In this document: piece by piece, positions 1 through 11,329 of the stretch
How the letters are laid out: the number at the start of each line of letters is the position of its first letter
How positions within the stretch are numbered: the stretch's first letter is position 1
IMG/VR virus record: IMGVR_UViG_2563366985_000003
Strand: one strand, 5' to 3'
DNA length: 48,122 bases
Source: a virus
Lineage: Duplodnaviria > Heunggongvirae > Uroviricota > Caudoviricetes
Translations under genes and position numbers: made by a program
Notes under the pieces: generated by a model
What the model saw: only the letters and a program-made list of their open reading frames with translations
What the model was told of the DNA's origin: nothing
The model's database searches: none

Positions 1-1284
1 TTAAAGACTTCTGGAAGGTTGCGCAGCTCTGACAACACGCGGTTGATCTTCAGCAGCGTCTTCCAGCGCACTTAAATCACGGTCTTTCACTTCTGGCATT
101 TTCAGCGCAGAGATTAAACCAATCACTGAATATGCCATGATCATAATGGCGATCGGATACCAGGATTCCGTCATGGTGCAGAAAATACCCGCCAGGATAG
201 GACCAAAACCGGAAGCGATAAGACCACCAATTTCTTTAGAAATCGCCATCCGGGTAAAGCGGTTTTTACAGCCGAACATTTCTGCCATGGTAATGTTTTC
301 CAGAGCAAATAATCCCAGCACCGCACAGTTATGAATCACAATCAGTGCAACCATAATGGTGCTCGGGGCATAGCTTTTATCTACGATGATAGAAAGCATT
401 GGCCACGCCAGCACAATCGCAGAGGTATTCATAATAATATACGGGATCCGGCGACCAATTTTATCGGATAACCAACCAAGGAACGGAATGGTCATAAAGC
501 CGAGAATCGAACTGATCATCAATGCATCTGTTGGAATTGCTTTGTTAAACAATAACGTCTGCACTAAATAGCCTGCAAGGAAAGTCTGAATTAAACCTGA
601 GTTACCAGCCTGACCAAAACGCAGCCCTGTTGCCAGCCAGAAGGATTTGCTCTGGAACATGCTACCAGCAGGTGCAGATTTTGCTGTCGGTTGGTTGCTG
701 TCGTTAACCTTCTCAAAGACCGGGCTTTCTTTCAGATTCATACGCAACCAGATAGCAAAGACCATCACGACAACGCTCGCCAGGAACGGTATACGCCATC
801 CCCACGCCAACAGTTCCTCTTTACTGAGAATGAAGAACATAAAGGCCCAGATTGCCGTTGCGCTCAAGGTTCCGCAGTTAGTCCCCATAGCAACAAATGA
901 GGAGATAATTCCGCGCTTACCTTTTGGTGCATATTCCGCCAGCATCGTGCCGGCACCGGAAATTTCCGCGCCTGCCCCCAGCCCCTGAATAATACGCAGC
1001 GTCACCAGCAAAATTGGCGCAAACACACCAATTTGTGCATAGGTCGGCAGCACACCAATTAAGGTGGTACAGATCCCCATCATAGTGATGGTAATAAAGA
1101 GCACTTTTTTACGCCCGATTCTGTCGCCCATTTTGCCGAAAATAAATGCTCCGACAATACGCGCCACATAACCTGCACCGTAGGTTCCCATTGCCAGAAT
1201 TAACGCCATTGCCGTTGATGATTCAGGAAAAAATATTTCATGAAACACTAACGCTGCGCCGAGCGAATATAACTGGAAATCCAT
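1..1284 (-). CDS. ydfJ: MFS metabolite:H+ symporter YdfJ, 3' portion (N-terminal codons lie beyond the prophage junction)
   Basis: 427-aa ORF with 12-TM MFS sugar-transporter motifs (GRIGRKK, GLGAGAEISGAG); matches remembered E. coli YdfJ; ends at window edge. Confidence 0.8.
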   Translation of the reverse strand: MDFQLYSLGAALVFHEIFFPESSTAMALILAMGTYGAGYVARIVGAFIFGKMGDRIGRKKVLFITITMMGICTTLIGVLPTYAQIGVFAPILLVTLRIIQGLGAGAEISGAGTMLAEYAPKGKRGIISSFVAMGTNCGTLSATAIWAFMFFILSKEELLAWGWRIPFLASVVVMVFAIWLRMNLKESPVFEKVNDSNQPTAKSAPAGSMFQSKSFWLATGLRFGQAGNSGLIQTFLAGYLVQTLLFNKAIPTDALMISSILGFMTIPFLGWLSDKIGRRIPYIIMNTSAIVLAWPMLSIIVDKSYAPSTIMVALIVIHNCAVLGLFALENITMAEMFGCKNRFTRMAISKEIGGLIASGFGPILAGIFCTMTESWYPIAIMIMAYSVIGLISALKMPEVKDRDLSALEDAAEDQPRVVRAAQPSRSL

Positions 1285-2069
1285 AATTCACAGGTGTTTT
1301 TTCCCATCCTGTGGTTTCCTTGGCGTTTTCTAGGTTTTTTCAGATAGTTGCATTTTTTAAAAAGCATCCTAAGTTCGATCTCAGTGTCTATCTGGGGCCT
1401 ATTTCTGTCCCATATATGCCCCAAAAAAACTCCTCAACAGATAAGTAGTTTTTTCATGGAGTTACGCGTAAAATCAATAACGGCTGGAAATCATTCAATA
1501 CTCGCACTATCGAAAAATTTACCAGCCAACCGCAGCACGTTCTTGCATAAGGCGTGTCTGCGGTTTTTCAACTATTCAGATACATCACTCCCATCACATT
1601 CATTCCTCCGCATCAAAGGCATATAGGCTATATCACCTTGATATTTTTCTTCTTCAGATAAAAACTGTTATCTATGTATACTTTTAAACCCAATCCGTGT
1701 AGAGTCTCTGCATAAGATAGTTTGCAGTTGCCACTTCAGCTTGCGCCATAAACCGCCTGATTTTTGCCGCCATCTGTTAGCATTCCTGTATACCTGAAAC
1801 GACAATGTTTATCTACGAACTTTAAGAACACCCAGGATAAAAATTGTCAACTATATCATATATAACACATTACTAATTCGAGGCTATATGAACAGCATAC
1901 TGATAATCACTTCGCTCCTTATCATATTCAGCATTTTTAGTCATGCTCTAATAAAATTAGGGATTGGCATATCCAATAACCCAGACAAAACCGATGTATA
2001 AGTCAACATATCCTGAATCAGACATACAATATCGCAATGAAAATCAATAATATTTTAAGGAATATATTC

Positions 2070-2303
2070 ATGAAATCAAAAGACACCCTAAAGTGGTTCC
2101 CTGCGCAGCTTCCTGAAGTCAGAATTATCCTAGGGGATGCTGTAGTGGAAGTAGCAAAACAGGGAAGACCTATCAATACCAGAACATTGCTTGATTACAT
2201 TGAAGGAAACATAAAGAAAAAATCATGGCTGGATAACAAAGAATTATTACAAACAGCGATATCAGTTCTTAAAGACAACCAAAATTTAAATGGTAAAATG
2301 TAA
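2070..2303 (+). CDS. ydfK: YdfK/YnaE-family small protein (cold-shock-induced prophage gene)
   Basis: ORF MKSKDTLKWFPAQLPEVRIILGD... recalled as ydfK/ynaE family; lies between ydfJ and pin as in K-12 Qin. Confidence 0.55.
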   Translation: MKSKDTLKWFPAQLPEVRIILGDAVVEVAKQGRPINTRTLLDYIEGNIKKKSWLDNKELLQTAISVLKDNQNLNGKM

Positions 2304-2619
2304 TATAATAAACTTACTTTTTTATCATTTTTCCACTTTAACAACATTTTGCTCCACTTTTCCACGACCAAACAACTTGAAATCTGGTTAAAATAACACG
2401 CAACACTATTCTTCTTCCTTGAGTCCGCCCGGAACTCGAAAAACAAACCGAGTTAAAGCCATTTTTCACAAAATCGATTTTGGGTCTCACCAAAATTACG
2501 GGGTTGCATACGCATTCGTTTATTTTCGAACGTGTACATACAAACATGCACAAAAATAATCAAAATTATTTTCTGAGATGCATTATGATATGAACACCAA
2601 TTTCGTATAGAGTCTCACT

Positions 2620-3210
2620 ATGTCTCGAATTTTTGCTTACTGTCGGATATCAACGCTGGATCAGACCACCGAAAATCAACGCCGGGAAATCGAAAGTGCA
2701 GGTTTTAAAATCAAACCTCAGCAAATAATCGAAGAACACATTAGCGGCTCAGCAGCAACCAGTGAGCGTCCTGGTTTTAACCGGTTGCTTGCTCGCCTGA
2801 AATGTGGTGATCAATTGATTGTGACAAAACTGGATCGCCTTGGTTGTAATGCAATGGATATCAGGAAAACAGTGGAACAACTGACCGAAACAGGTATCAG
2901 AGTGCATTGCTTAGCATTGGGGGGCATTGACCTGACCAGTCCAACAGGAAAAATGATGATGCAAGTAATTTCAGCAGTCGCTGAATTTGAACGAGACCTT
3001 TTACTTGAACGCACTCATTCCGGGATAGTAAGAGCCCGGGGCGCAGGGAAACGTTTTGGTCGACCACCTGTGTTAAATGAAGAACAGAAACAGGTGGTAT
3101 TCGAACGGATTAAGTCAGGTGTAAGTATAAGTGCCATTGCCCGGGAATTCAAAACCTCGCGGCAAACCATTTTAAGAGCCAAAGCAAAACTTCAGACACC
3201 TGACATATAA
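2620..3210 (+). CDS. pin: Serine recombinase, Pin/Gin/Hin-type DNA invertase
   Basis: 196 aa; N-terminal catalytic-serine motif (YCRISTLDQ), C-terminal HTH; adjacent to tail-fibre genes. Confidence 0.85.
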
Positions 3211-3437
3211 AAAATAATCTCGGTGTGAGATGCCTTACGTCTTCCAAGCCCCCTTCCTTGCCGTAAATGGAAAGATACATCTAATTATAGAATTTATATG
3301 TTTTACCCTACGGCAGTGCTGGCCATTCAATATCCTGTGCAGTTGACGTATCAACACGGTTCAGCAACACCCGATACTTCTTCAAGGCTTCCCGCAACGA
3401 GGTTTCTTCCTCCGTTGCATATACAGCTCACCTTTTT

Positions 3438-3731
3438 TCACCCACGATTAACCAACAGCCAGACCAGCAGACACGCCACCACCGGCACAGCAAAATCCAT
3501 CAGGCTTGCTACATCCCATGCACGTGGGTCAAAACCGCCCCACCACGGCATATTCATACGCTTGCCATGCCCGAACATTTCAATCCAGCGATATTCTGCC
3601 TGGGTATGTTCACGCGCAATGAAGAACGTACAACCAGCTATCGCCCCGTAAGCCCAGTTTCCGGTAAAAAGACCAACCAGTACCTGCGCAGCCACAGCAC
3701 AAAGTGCATGAAGGAAAGGTGTTATATCCAT
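3438..3731 (-). CDS. Hypothetical small membrane protein
   Basis: 97-aa ORF with two hydrophobic segments, distal to tail-fibre genes; no family recognised. Confidence 0.35.
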   Translation of the reverse strand: MDITPFLHALCAVAAQVLVGLFTGNWAYGAIAGCTFFIAREHTQAEYRWIEMFGHGKRMNMPWWGGFDPRAWDVASLMDFAVPVVACLLVWLLVNRG

Positions 3732-3741
3732 TACGCCTCCT

Positions 3742-4446
3742 TTATCCGATATCGCTTCGGGAAACGGATAACAACTTTAATTCTGACTCAAGTTCATCAA
3801 CTCTTTCAGTCAGCTTCTGGATATGGTGAACCAGTGGAACAACCAGACGTTCGTACATTACACCTTCGGCAACAAGGCCATTGCTGGAAATGGTTTCCGG
3901 TGCATCATCTTCGTTGGCTGGTCGCCAGTGAACAAACTGAGGGGCAATTTCTCCAACTTCCTCGGCAATCAATCCATAGAATCCCCAGTCACGCCTGTCA
4001 TTTTCGCATTGCGACCTGTACCACACAGGGCGCATCCTGAAAATGAGATCGGCGTGCTCTGAATCTATCGTCTCTACTGAATGTTTATAGCGGATAGACG
4101 ATGTTGACCGCAGCACAGACGAAATTGCAGGGTCAGGATTAAGATAAAGATTTGCCGCCGCTGTAGTTGTGCCCAATCCCCATAAATAAAACGCTTCACG
4201 GCCAGTCAGCGGGTAAAAATCTCCGCCATAACGACCACTTTCCAGATCGTTCACTTCCACTTTGTTTTTCAGCTTATTATCAACTTCAGTTTTTGTGTAT
4301 CTGGTGCTGATATCCTGCTTTGCACTGGCCATATCAGTCTGAAGCGTTGATACTTTTCCGTTAATAGAGGAAATATCTTCCTTTGCTTTACTAACATCTC
4401 CCTTCAGCGTGGTGATGTCTCCCGGAATTACTGTTGATGTAGCCAT
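3742..4446 (-). CDS. Tail-fibre-like protein with C-terminal intramolecular chaperone (peptidase S74-like) domain
   Basis: 234 aa; N-terminal coiled-coil-like segment, then motif resembling S74 autoproteolytic chaperone (SSIRYKH...WGFYGLIAEEVGEIAPQFV...ERLVVPLVHHIQKL). Confidence 0.6.
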   Translation of the reverse strand: MATSTVIPGDITTLKGDVSKAKEDISSINGKVSTLQTDMASAKQDISTRYTKTEVDNKLKNKVEVNDLESGRYGGDFYPLTGREAFYLWGLGTTTAAANLYLNPDPAISSVLRSTSSIRYKHSVETIDSEHADLIFRMRPVWYRSQCENDRRDWGFYGLIAEEVGEIAPQFVHWRPANEDDAPETISSNGLVAEGVMYERLVVPLVHHIQKLTERVDELESELKLLSVSRSDIG

Positions 4447-4455
4447 TTTTCTTCC

Positions 4456-4737
4456 TCACATCCAGCCACGAAGTTGATGCTCAACAGCAACCGCGTATTC
4501 ATCGAATAATGACGATATTTGCGTATCCTTAATGATGCGCACGTTTACAAAATATCCATCTTCCTTAACACATACCGGTTCGCCATCTTCAGTCAGCTCT
4601 CCGGTTTCTTTGTACACGTTACCTATCACATCAATCAGAATATCATCCTGCATCGACTCGTCATTATAATAGCCAATACTTCCCATAAAGGCCGAAAAGT
4701 CGGCCCTGTCGGCAAATTTGAGTGTTAAATCTTTCAT
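4456..4737 (-). CDS. Hypothetical protein immediately downstream of stf (possible fibre accessory/assembly factor)
   Basis: 93-aa ORF whose start abuts the stf stop; no family recognised. Confidence 0.35.
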   Translation of the reverse strand: MKDLTLKFADRADFSAFMGSIGYYNDESMQDDILIDVIGNVYKETGELTEDGEPVCVKEDGYFVNVRIIKDTQISSLFDEYAVAVEHQLRGWM

Positions 4738-7142
4738 TAGATTGACTCCCCCATCTGAGCATCAGTCAATGCCTTGTGCCAAATACGCAGATTTCGAACG
4801 TGTCCAAATAGGTGACGGTTGCCGGATGATGATTGACCACCAATATTAATGAAGCCTCCTGTATATTTGTGTTTTTTATAAGGAGAAACTACCTTAGCAC
4901 CAATATTACCGTTAACCACAACACACAATTCTCGACTTTCTGTGAATCTAAAGCCGATAATGCTTTTTCTCTCTGGTCGTTCTATAACGCTTTTATATTC
5001 TATTTTAGTGCCTTTACCATTTGTAATGATTGCGCGTGCTCCCAAAGATGTATACCCCAAATACATATAACTTTCATCTGCAATTTCAGTTGTATCTCCC
5101 GTAGTGGAAATATTAAGAATACGTGCGCTACCTTCTTTGTTTGGCGATTCATCCCAATTGGTATTAACTTCTGCTAATGAACTAATAGCGGGATTGCACC
5201 AATTTAGAGAAATGGGGACCGTTACAATATCGCTGGCGCGTGTTACAGGGGATGCGCCTGTTATAATAAACGATGAAGCGCACGCCCCACCTTCAACTTG
5301 AGGGGTCGCAATATAAATATAATCATCCGCGCCAGTGCCCACTCCTTTTGCCGGGGCATACTGAACCATTCCACCTATCATATTTTCTGTATCAAGTGCC
5401 TTAATTGTCGCCTCAAAAAAGATCCATTTGCTTGCTTCATCTTTAACAGCCCTTGCAGTAATGCGATTAGCGGCACCACCCGTCTTATCAATAGATAAAT
5501 CTGTCGTATTTAAGTAAGCGTCACCTAAGAATGTGTAGGTAGAACCATCATAGTTTTCAAATCGTAATCGGCATCTTAAATTTGGAGTGCCACTTTGCAC
5601 CCTGCATGATATGGTTACATACTTTTCTCCGCCTGTTACATCAAAACCTTTACTGCCGGAAACGGTTACTATGTTAATCGCTGAAATTTGCCCTACCATT
5701 TCTGGTTTTAATGTAAATTTTGCGTACTGGAATCCGAAATCATCTACACCTGATGCACTTAAGATCATATTTGACGACTTGTTCCATTTAGTCGGATTTG
5801 TTGAATTGATTAGCAGGTTAGTTCTTTGCCCCTCAATAAGCAGGCCATCACGTTCAAATCGTGGCTCGTCAATGGCAGCCTCTGTCAGCACACCAGATTT
5901 ATTAATGTAAGTTGCTTTCGATGCGCGTTTAAACTTTACAATCTTGTCGCCAGGCATTGTTATTTCATCGTCGCCAATAACAATTTTTTTATATGATGGC
6001 GAAAAGCCCGTAATCATATCCAGTGAATCATTAAACGGTATCCACACATCGGGCAACGGCTGCAAAACTTGTTTATACGGCTCCGCTGCCTGGCTTGCAT
6101 ACTCTCTGGCTGCGTCTTCACTTGCTTTAGCTGCTGTCTGGCTTGCTGCCGATGCTTGCGCCGAGTTCGCCGCCGCAGTCTCGCTCGCCTTTGCGTTGGT
6201 TTCACTGGTTTTTGCTGCTTTTTGACTGTTAGCTGATGCAGTGGCAGAAGCAACCGCCGCGCTTGCAGAACTGGCTGCGGCACTCTCGCTTTGAGCCGCT
6301 GCATCCTGACTGCTTTTCGCCGCAGTTTCACTGGCTTTGGCATTCGTTTCGCTGGTCTTCGCTGCCGTCTGGCTGGACTTTGCGTTAGTTTCACTCGTCT
6401 TCGCAGCTTTCTGGCTGTTAGCCGCAGCAGTTGCTGATCCAGCTGCTGAAGTCGCAGAACCGGCTGCCGCGCTCTCGCTTTGGGCTGCTGCAACCTGGCT
6501 GTTTTTTGCCGCAGTTTCACTGGCTTTGGCATTCGTTTCGCTGGTTTTCGCTGCCGTCTGGCTGGACTTTGCGTTGGTTTCGCTCGTCTTTGCGGCTGTC
6601 TCGCTATTTTTCGCGTTGGTTTCTGATTTTTTGGCTGCTGTCGCGGAGTTTGCCGATGCAGTCTTTGAGGTCGCTGCCGCCTGTGCACTATTAGCTGCAT
6701 TCGTTTCTGAGGTTTTCGCCGCGTTCTTTGATGATGCCGCTGCAGTTTCGGATTTCTTTGCCGCCGCTGCGCTCTGAGAGGCGGCTTCGGCGTTGCGTGC
6801 CACTTCTTCCACCATTGCCTCAAAACGACGCAATGCCTCCGGCATGACATCATCTTCCGTCATGGCACCGAGAAAATCATTCAGCGTACCTGGTCTGGAG
6901 CCTTCATAGACGGTAATGGTCCCGGCATGTGAAGGCGGAAAACCTTCAACCAGCAGGGTGACGCTGTACTGGCCATACTCAACATCCATGCTGTAACGTC
7001 CGGCTTCATCCGGATTTTCAGAAGCCACCGTGTTCACCAGTACCGTGGTGCTGTTACGCTTTGCCTTCAGTTGAATAGTGCAGTTCTGTATTGGTTTTCC
7101 CGCACCATCTTTCAGCACACCTGAGATTTTTACTGCTGCCAT
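4737..7142 (-). CDS. stf: Side tail fibre protein: lambda Stf-like N-terminus, Ala/Ser/Thr tandem-repeat stalk, lectin-like (LamG-type) C-terminal domain
   Basis: N-terminus AVKISGVLKDGAGKPIQNCTIQLKA... matches remembered lambda Stf; C-terminus ends NRHLFGHVRNLRIWHKALTDAQM, resembling the concanavalin/LamG motif; true ATG at 7142. Confidence 0.85.
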   Translation of the reverse strand: MAAVKISGVLKDGAGKPIQNCTIQLKAKRNSTTVLVNTVASENPDEAGRYSMDVEYGQYSVTLLVEGFPPSHAGTITVYEGSRPGTLNDFLGAMTEDDVMPEALRRFEAMVEEVARNAEAASQSAAAAKKSETAAASSKNAAKTSETNAANSAQAAATSKTASANSATAAKKSETNAKNSETAAKTSETNAKSSQTAAKTSETNAKASETAAKNSQVAAAQSESAAAGSATSAAGSATAAANSQKAAKTSETNAKSSQTAAKTSETNAKASETAAKSSQDAAAQSESAAASSASAAVASATASANSQKAAKTSETNAKASETAAANSAQASAASQTAAKASEDAAREYASQAAEPYKQVLQPLPDVWIPFNDSLDMITGFSPSYKKIVIGDDEITMPGDKIVKFKRASKATYINKSGVLTEAAIDEPRFERDGLLIEGQRTNLLINSTNPTKWNKSSNMILSASGVDDFGFQYAKFTLKPEMVGQISAINIVTVSGSKGFDVTGGEKYVTISCRVQSGTPNLRCRLRFENYDGSTYTFLGDAYLNTTDLSIDKTGGAANRITARAVKDEASKWIFFEATIKALDTENMIGGMVQYAPAKGVGTGADDYIYIATPQVEGGACASSFIITGASPVTRASDIVTVPISLNWCNPAISSLAEVNTNWDESPNKEGSARILNISTTGDTTEIADESYMYLGYTSLGARAIITNGKGTKIEYKSVIERPERKSIIGFRFTESRELCVVVNGNIGAKVVSPYKKHKYTGGFINIGGQSSSGNRHLFGHVRNLRIWHKALTDAQMGESI
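6150..6790 (-). repeat. In-frame tandem DNA repeats within stf encoding repeated KTSETNAK(S/A)S.TAA units
   Basis: Repeated blocks such as gccgcagtttcactggctttggcattcgtttcgctggt recur with few changes. Confidence 0.7.
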
Positions 7143-7152
7143 ATCCACTCCA

Positions 7153-7180
7153 CAAAAAAGCCCGCCTGAACCGGCGGGCT
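7153..7180 (-). terminator. Rho-independent terminator between lom and stf
   Basis: Perfect GCCCGCC/GGCGGGC stem with 6-nt loop followed by T-run on the minus-strand transcript. Confidence 0.55.
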
Positions 7181-7206
7181 GTCATAACACTGTGTTACCT
7201 GGCTAA

Positions 7207-7806
7207 TCAGAACTTATAACCGACACCCACGATGAAACCGTCAGTGCGCCAGTCGCCACTGCCGGAGCCTTCATAAGCAATATCAATGGCCACGGATTCG
7301 GTCGGGTTAAACTGCACGCCAGCTCCCCACGCCAGAGACGTGTTGCTGTGGCGACCGTCATCACTTCCGGTCAGCACATCGTGCGTTTTCCCCTTATTGT
7401 CAGTTACGCGGAGATAATCCCCGGAAAAAGTCGACACACGGCTGTAAGCCATACCCGCCATCGCATACGCGCTGAACCATTCATTCACGCGCACAGACGG
7501 CCCCGCCATCACGCTGAACCAGCGGTTACGCACGGAATCTTCATGCCAGCGGGTATTGCTGTAACGGGTAAGCTGGCGATTCTTGTCTCCTGCATAGCTG
7601 AATGACGTCACCAGCCCCAGCGTGTCCGTAAATTCATAACGGTATTTCACGTTAATCCCGTTAAGATCATCGCTGCCGGGAACGTTCGTCGAGGCATGAA
7701 GATACCCCGCGCTCAGCGTGGACTGATGTTCAGATGCCCATGCAGGCGCACCGGATACGGACAGACAGATGGCTGCGGACAAAATGGCTGCACAAACTTT
7801 ACGCAT
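7207..7806 (-). CDS. lom: Lom/Ail-family outer-membrane beta-barrel protein
   Basis: 199 aa with signal peptide; C-terminus [24 protein letters not shown] matches remembered lambda Lom. Confidence 0.9.
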
Positions 7807-7873
7807 AATTACCTCTCGCTTTTCTGCAATAAAAAAGGCACCATTTCTGGTGCCCGTATCTGGGTTATAAAAT

Positions 7874-10800
7874 TCAGCTAATCGTGATGCCTGCAGTGGC
7901 TTTCTTCATCACAACAACCAGCAAATCGCTGATACTTGCTGTGGGATACCAGTCATTTACCAGCCATGCTGACACCGAAAACTCCAGTGTCATGTGACCG
8001 TGACCGGCAGGCATATCAATAACGCCACTGTAAATCAGCGTATTATCCAGCGCGGTACGGTTATAAATTTCAGCACCGTTTTTCCGCACTATCAGACGGC
8101 ATGAGGAGTAAATATCAGTATGCTCTCTCTCATGCTTAGCGCCACTGAATGCCACCGCCGGAATAACAATTTGCCGGTCAAACGGCTGATCGTCATAAAC
8201 CCTGACGGTAATGGTCCCTGATGGCCACCGCTCCGGTGCACGGGAGTCCCGGGGGAAAGCTTTGCCCACTGTTTTAACGAGATCGCCTTCAATCTGGTTC
8301 GCGGACAGTTTTCCCAGAACCCGACAGTTCTCGTTAATCGTGACATTATTGAGCGTCCCGGAGTTCGCATTCACGTTACCGCTGATATCGGCATTTTTCG
8401 CCGTCAGCCGCCCGTCCGGTGTCAGGGAAAATACCGGAGGATTGCCGCCACTGGTAATGGTGGGAGCCGTCAGATACTTCAGGAACACTTCGTTCATGAA
8501 TATCTGGTTGCCCTGCGCCACAAACATCGGCGTTTCATTCCCGTTTGCCGGGTCAATAAACGCGATACGGTTAGCGGCAACCAGGAACTGGCTCAGTTTG
8601 CCTTCCTCCGTATCCTCCATGCTGAGGCCAATACCCGCGACATAATGCCTGCCGTCTTCGGTCTGCTCAATTTTGACGCCCCACATGGCATTCCATTTAT
8701 CGTTGGCGTCTTTCCACTCTTTCGAAAACTCCTCCAGTTTGCTGGCGTTATCCTCCGTCAGCTCGACTTTTTCCAGCAGCTCCTTGCCGAGATGGGATTC
8801 AGTTATCTGGCCTTTGAAAAAATCCAGATAGCCGGAAGCATCATCGCTCGCCTGACCGACAGCCTCCACGAATGCCGATTTGCCAACAGTATTCACACTG
8901 CGGATATAAAAATAATAATCATGGCCCGGCTTAATATTGATACTGGCAGCTATCCAGTACAGCGCCGTGCCAAGATAGCGGGCTGTGGTTTCAACCGGCC
9001 TGATATCGGTAATCCGCTTTTCCGAGAACCAGAATTCAAACTGTACCGTCGGGTCATAAACGGCAAGATGCGGCGTGGCGGTTATCTGAAAATAGCCCGG
9101 CGTCAGATCAATCCTCGACGGTGCTGCCGGTGCGGCAATCCGGAACGATACCGACGCCGGATCGCCCTGCTGCCCCCACGCATTTACCGCCCGGACTGTC
9201 AGCGTGTACCGCCCCAGCGCCAGTTGCGTGAAGCGGTATGTGGTTTCCGTCGTCCGGGCCGTGCTGACCAGCCGCTCACTGCCGTCATCCGCTGCCACGG
9301 TCAGGCGAAGCATAAAGCTCACCCCCTTCACCACCTTCGGCGTGTCCCAGCGCGCCAGCACCTGATATTCCCCGCTGTCTGCGGTGACTTCGGCAGTCAG
9401 GTGCTGCACCGCTGGCGGCGTGACACCATTCACCGTGCCGCTCTGGTCGCCGTCAAAGTGCGCCCCGTTATCCACGATGGCCTCTTTTTCCGGTACATGC
9501 TGCACGGCAGTGATGGCATACGTGCCGTCATCGTTCTCACGGATACTCACGCAGCGGAACAGGCGCTGGCGCAACGTCGGCAACTTCAGCCCCCACACGC
9601 TGTATCCGGCAACGCCGTCAGGAACCCGGCTCACTTTTACCTTCACGCCGTCGGTGACGGACTGGACCTCCACGCTGACCGGATTGCCGCTTCCGTCAAC
9701 CAGGCTTATCAGCGTGGTACCGGAGGATGGCAGAGTGATTTCACGGTCGAGCGTCAGCGTCCGGGTCTGGCTGTTCACCGCCAGCACGCGCCCGCCGATG
9801 CTGATACCCGCATAGTCATCATCGCAGATTTCAATAACATCGCCCGGCACATGGCGAAGCCCTTCTGCGCCCACGCTGAAATCCACGGTCTGCGTTTCCA
9901 GCAGTTCCGTTTTAATCAGCCACAGCCCGGCTCGGTGTGCCTGCCCCCGACTGGTACAGCCAAAGGCATCCATCTTCGTGACGTTACGACCGTAACGGGC
10001 AATGGCCTGCGTGTCCTCCACAAGCTCTGTCGCCGTCTCCCAGCCGTTATCCGGGTCAATCCAGTTCACCTCAACGGCATTATGGCGGTCCTTCAGGGCG
10101 CTGAAACTGTAGCGGAACGGCGCGCCATCATCCGGCATCACCACATTACTGCGGTTATAGGTCCACACCTTATCCGACGGCCGGTCCTGCACGAACGTCA
10201 GCGTCTGCCCGTTCCATACCGGCATACAGCGCATCGCCGAGCAGAAATCACTGAGAACATCCCACGCCTTACGCTGTGTGGTCAGCCAGGCATTACAGGT
10301 GATGCGCGGCTCCGTGCCACCAAAACCATCCGGCACCGACTGGTCGCAATTCTGGCCGATGACATACAGCGCCCATTTGTCCACATCCGCCGCACCAAGA
10401 CGTTTCCCCATGCCGTAGCGCGGATGGGTCAGCATATCCCACAGACACCAGGCCATGTTGTTGCTGTATGCCGGTTTTAACGTTCCGTCCCAGATACCGC
10501 TGTATTGTCGCGTCTGCGGGTTATAGTTCGACGGCACCTGCAGAATGCGCCCGCGCAGATGATAATTACGACTCACCTGCTGACTGCCGAACTGCTCCGA
10601 GTCCACCTGCACACCGACCAGTGCCGTGTTCGGGTAGCACTGTTTCATATCGATGATTTCGGTGTATGACGACCAGAGCGTTTTGTTCTGCAGCTGGTCT
10701 GTGGTGCTGTCCGGCGTCATCCTGCGCATCCGGATATTGAACGGGCGCGGCGGCAGGTTACCCACCACCACCGAGGCCAGATACTGTGAGGTGGTTTTGC

Positions 10801-11269
10801 CTTTAATGGTGATGTCTTTTTCCGTCACCCAGCCACCGTTACGTTGTATCTGAACCAGCAGGCGGACTTCCGACGGATTCCTGTCCCCCTTTGAGGTGGT
10901 TTCCACCAGTGCCTGCACGCCGAAGGTAAAACGCAGTCGGTCAATGTTTGCCGACGTGATGGTCCGGGTGATCGGCGTGTCGTATTTCACTTCCGTACCC
11001 AGCACCGTCTCGGAGCCGGAGGATTCAAATCCCTCCGGCGGTGTTTGCTCCTGCTCACCGGCCCGGAACACCACCGTGACGCCGGAGATGTTGGTATTCC
11101 CCTCAATGTCCAGCACTGGCGTACTGTTCAGCAGCACGCTTTTTAATCCATCTACCGGACCTTCAACCGGCCCTTCGCTGATGGCATCGATCACACTCAG
11201 CAACTGCGTGGACTTCAGGTTGTCCTTCGCTTCGCGCGGAGTATGCCCCTTACTGCTGCCTTTACCCAT
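7874..11269 (-). CDS. J: Tail tip / host specificity protein J
   Basis: Begins [34 protein letters not shown] and follows remembered lambda J throughout; ORF-track start (11314) is an upstream extension. Confidence 0.95.
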   Translation of the reverse strand: MGKGSSKGHTPREAKDNLKSTQLLSVIDAISEGPVEGPVDGLKSVLLNSTPVLDIEGNTNISGVTVVFRAGEQEQTPPEGFESSGSETVLGTEVKYDTPITRTITSANIDRLRFTFGVQALVETTSKGDRNPSEVRLLVQIQRNGGWVTEKDITIKGKTTSQYLASVVVGNLPPRPFNIRMRRMTPDSTTDQLQNKTLWSSYTEIIDMKQCYPNTALVGVQVDSEQFGSQQVSRNYHLRGRILQVPSNYNPQTRQYSGIWDGTLKPAYSNNMAWCLWDMLTHPRYGMGKRLGAADVDKWALYVIGQNCDQSVPDGFGGTEPRITCNAWLTTQRKAWDVLSDFCSAMRCMPVWNGQTLTFVQDRPSDKVWTYNRSNVVMPDDGAPFRYSFSALKDRHNAVEVNWIDPDNGWETATELVEDTQAIARYGRNVTKMDAFGCTSRGQAHRAGLWLIKTELLETQTVDFSVGAEGLRHVPGDVIEICDDDYAGISIGGRVLAVNSQTRTLTLDREITLPSSGTTLISLVDGSGNPVSVEVQSVTDGVKVKVSRVPDGVAGYSVWGLKLPTLRQRLFRCVSIRENDDGTYAITAVQHVPEKEAIVDNGAHFDGDQSGTVNGVTPPAVQHLTAEVTADSGEYQVLARWDTPKVVKGVSFMLRLTVAADDGSERLVSTARTTETTYRFTQLALGRYTLTVRAVNAWGQQGDPASVSFRIAAPAAPSRIDLTPGYFQITATPHLAVYDPTVQFEFWFSEKRITDIRPVETTARYLGTALYWIAASINIKPGHDYYFYIRSVNTVGKSAFVEAVGQASDDASGYLDFFKGQITESHLGKELLEKVELTEDNASKLEEFSKEWKDANDKWNAMWGVKIEQTEDGRHYVAGIGLSMEDTEEGKLSQFLVAANRIAFIDPANGNETPMFVAQGNQIFMNEVFLKYLTAPTITSGGNPPVFSLTPDGRLTAKNADISGNVNANSGTLNNVTINENCRVLGKLSANQIEGDLVKTVGKAFPRDSRAPERWPSGTITVRVYDDQPFDRQIVIPAVAFSGAKHEREHTDIYSSCRLIVRKNGAEIYNRTALDNTLIYSGVIDMPAGHGHMTLEFSVSAWLVNDWYPTASISDLLVVVMKKATAGITIS

Positions 11270-11329
11270 TCCTAACGCTCCATAAACGACAAAACCGCCC
11301 GGAGGCGGTTTCACATAAAACGTTTTTCA

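Noticed and set aside
2380-3300. Candidate gix/pix-like crossover sites flanking pin (e.g. CAAACCGAGTTAAAG near 2440; TTCCTTGCCGTAAATGGAAAG near 3270)
   Set aside because: Only partial resemblance to the remembered 26-bp gix consensus and no matching inverted partner found by eye; left as a hypothesis to test rather than annotated.
6150-6790. Possible CRISPR array suggested by tandem repeats
   Set aside because: Repeats are in-frame coding repeats of the tail fibre with no unique spacers and no cas genes nearby.
6014-6853. 279-aa minus-strand ORF rich in Arg/Gln/Lys, and 146-aa plus-strand ORF at 6337-6777
   Set aside because: Alternate-frame and antisense readings of the stf tandem-repeat region; repetitive low-complexity translation with no independent start context.
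8645-10480. 611-aa plus-strand ORF
   Set aside because: Lies antisense inside the J gene, which is confidently lambda J-like; long stop-free antisense frames are expected in GC-rich coding DNA and the product has low-complexity Arg/Pro/His-rich composition.
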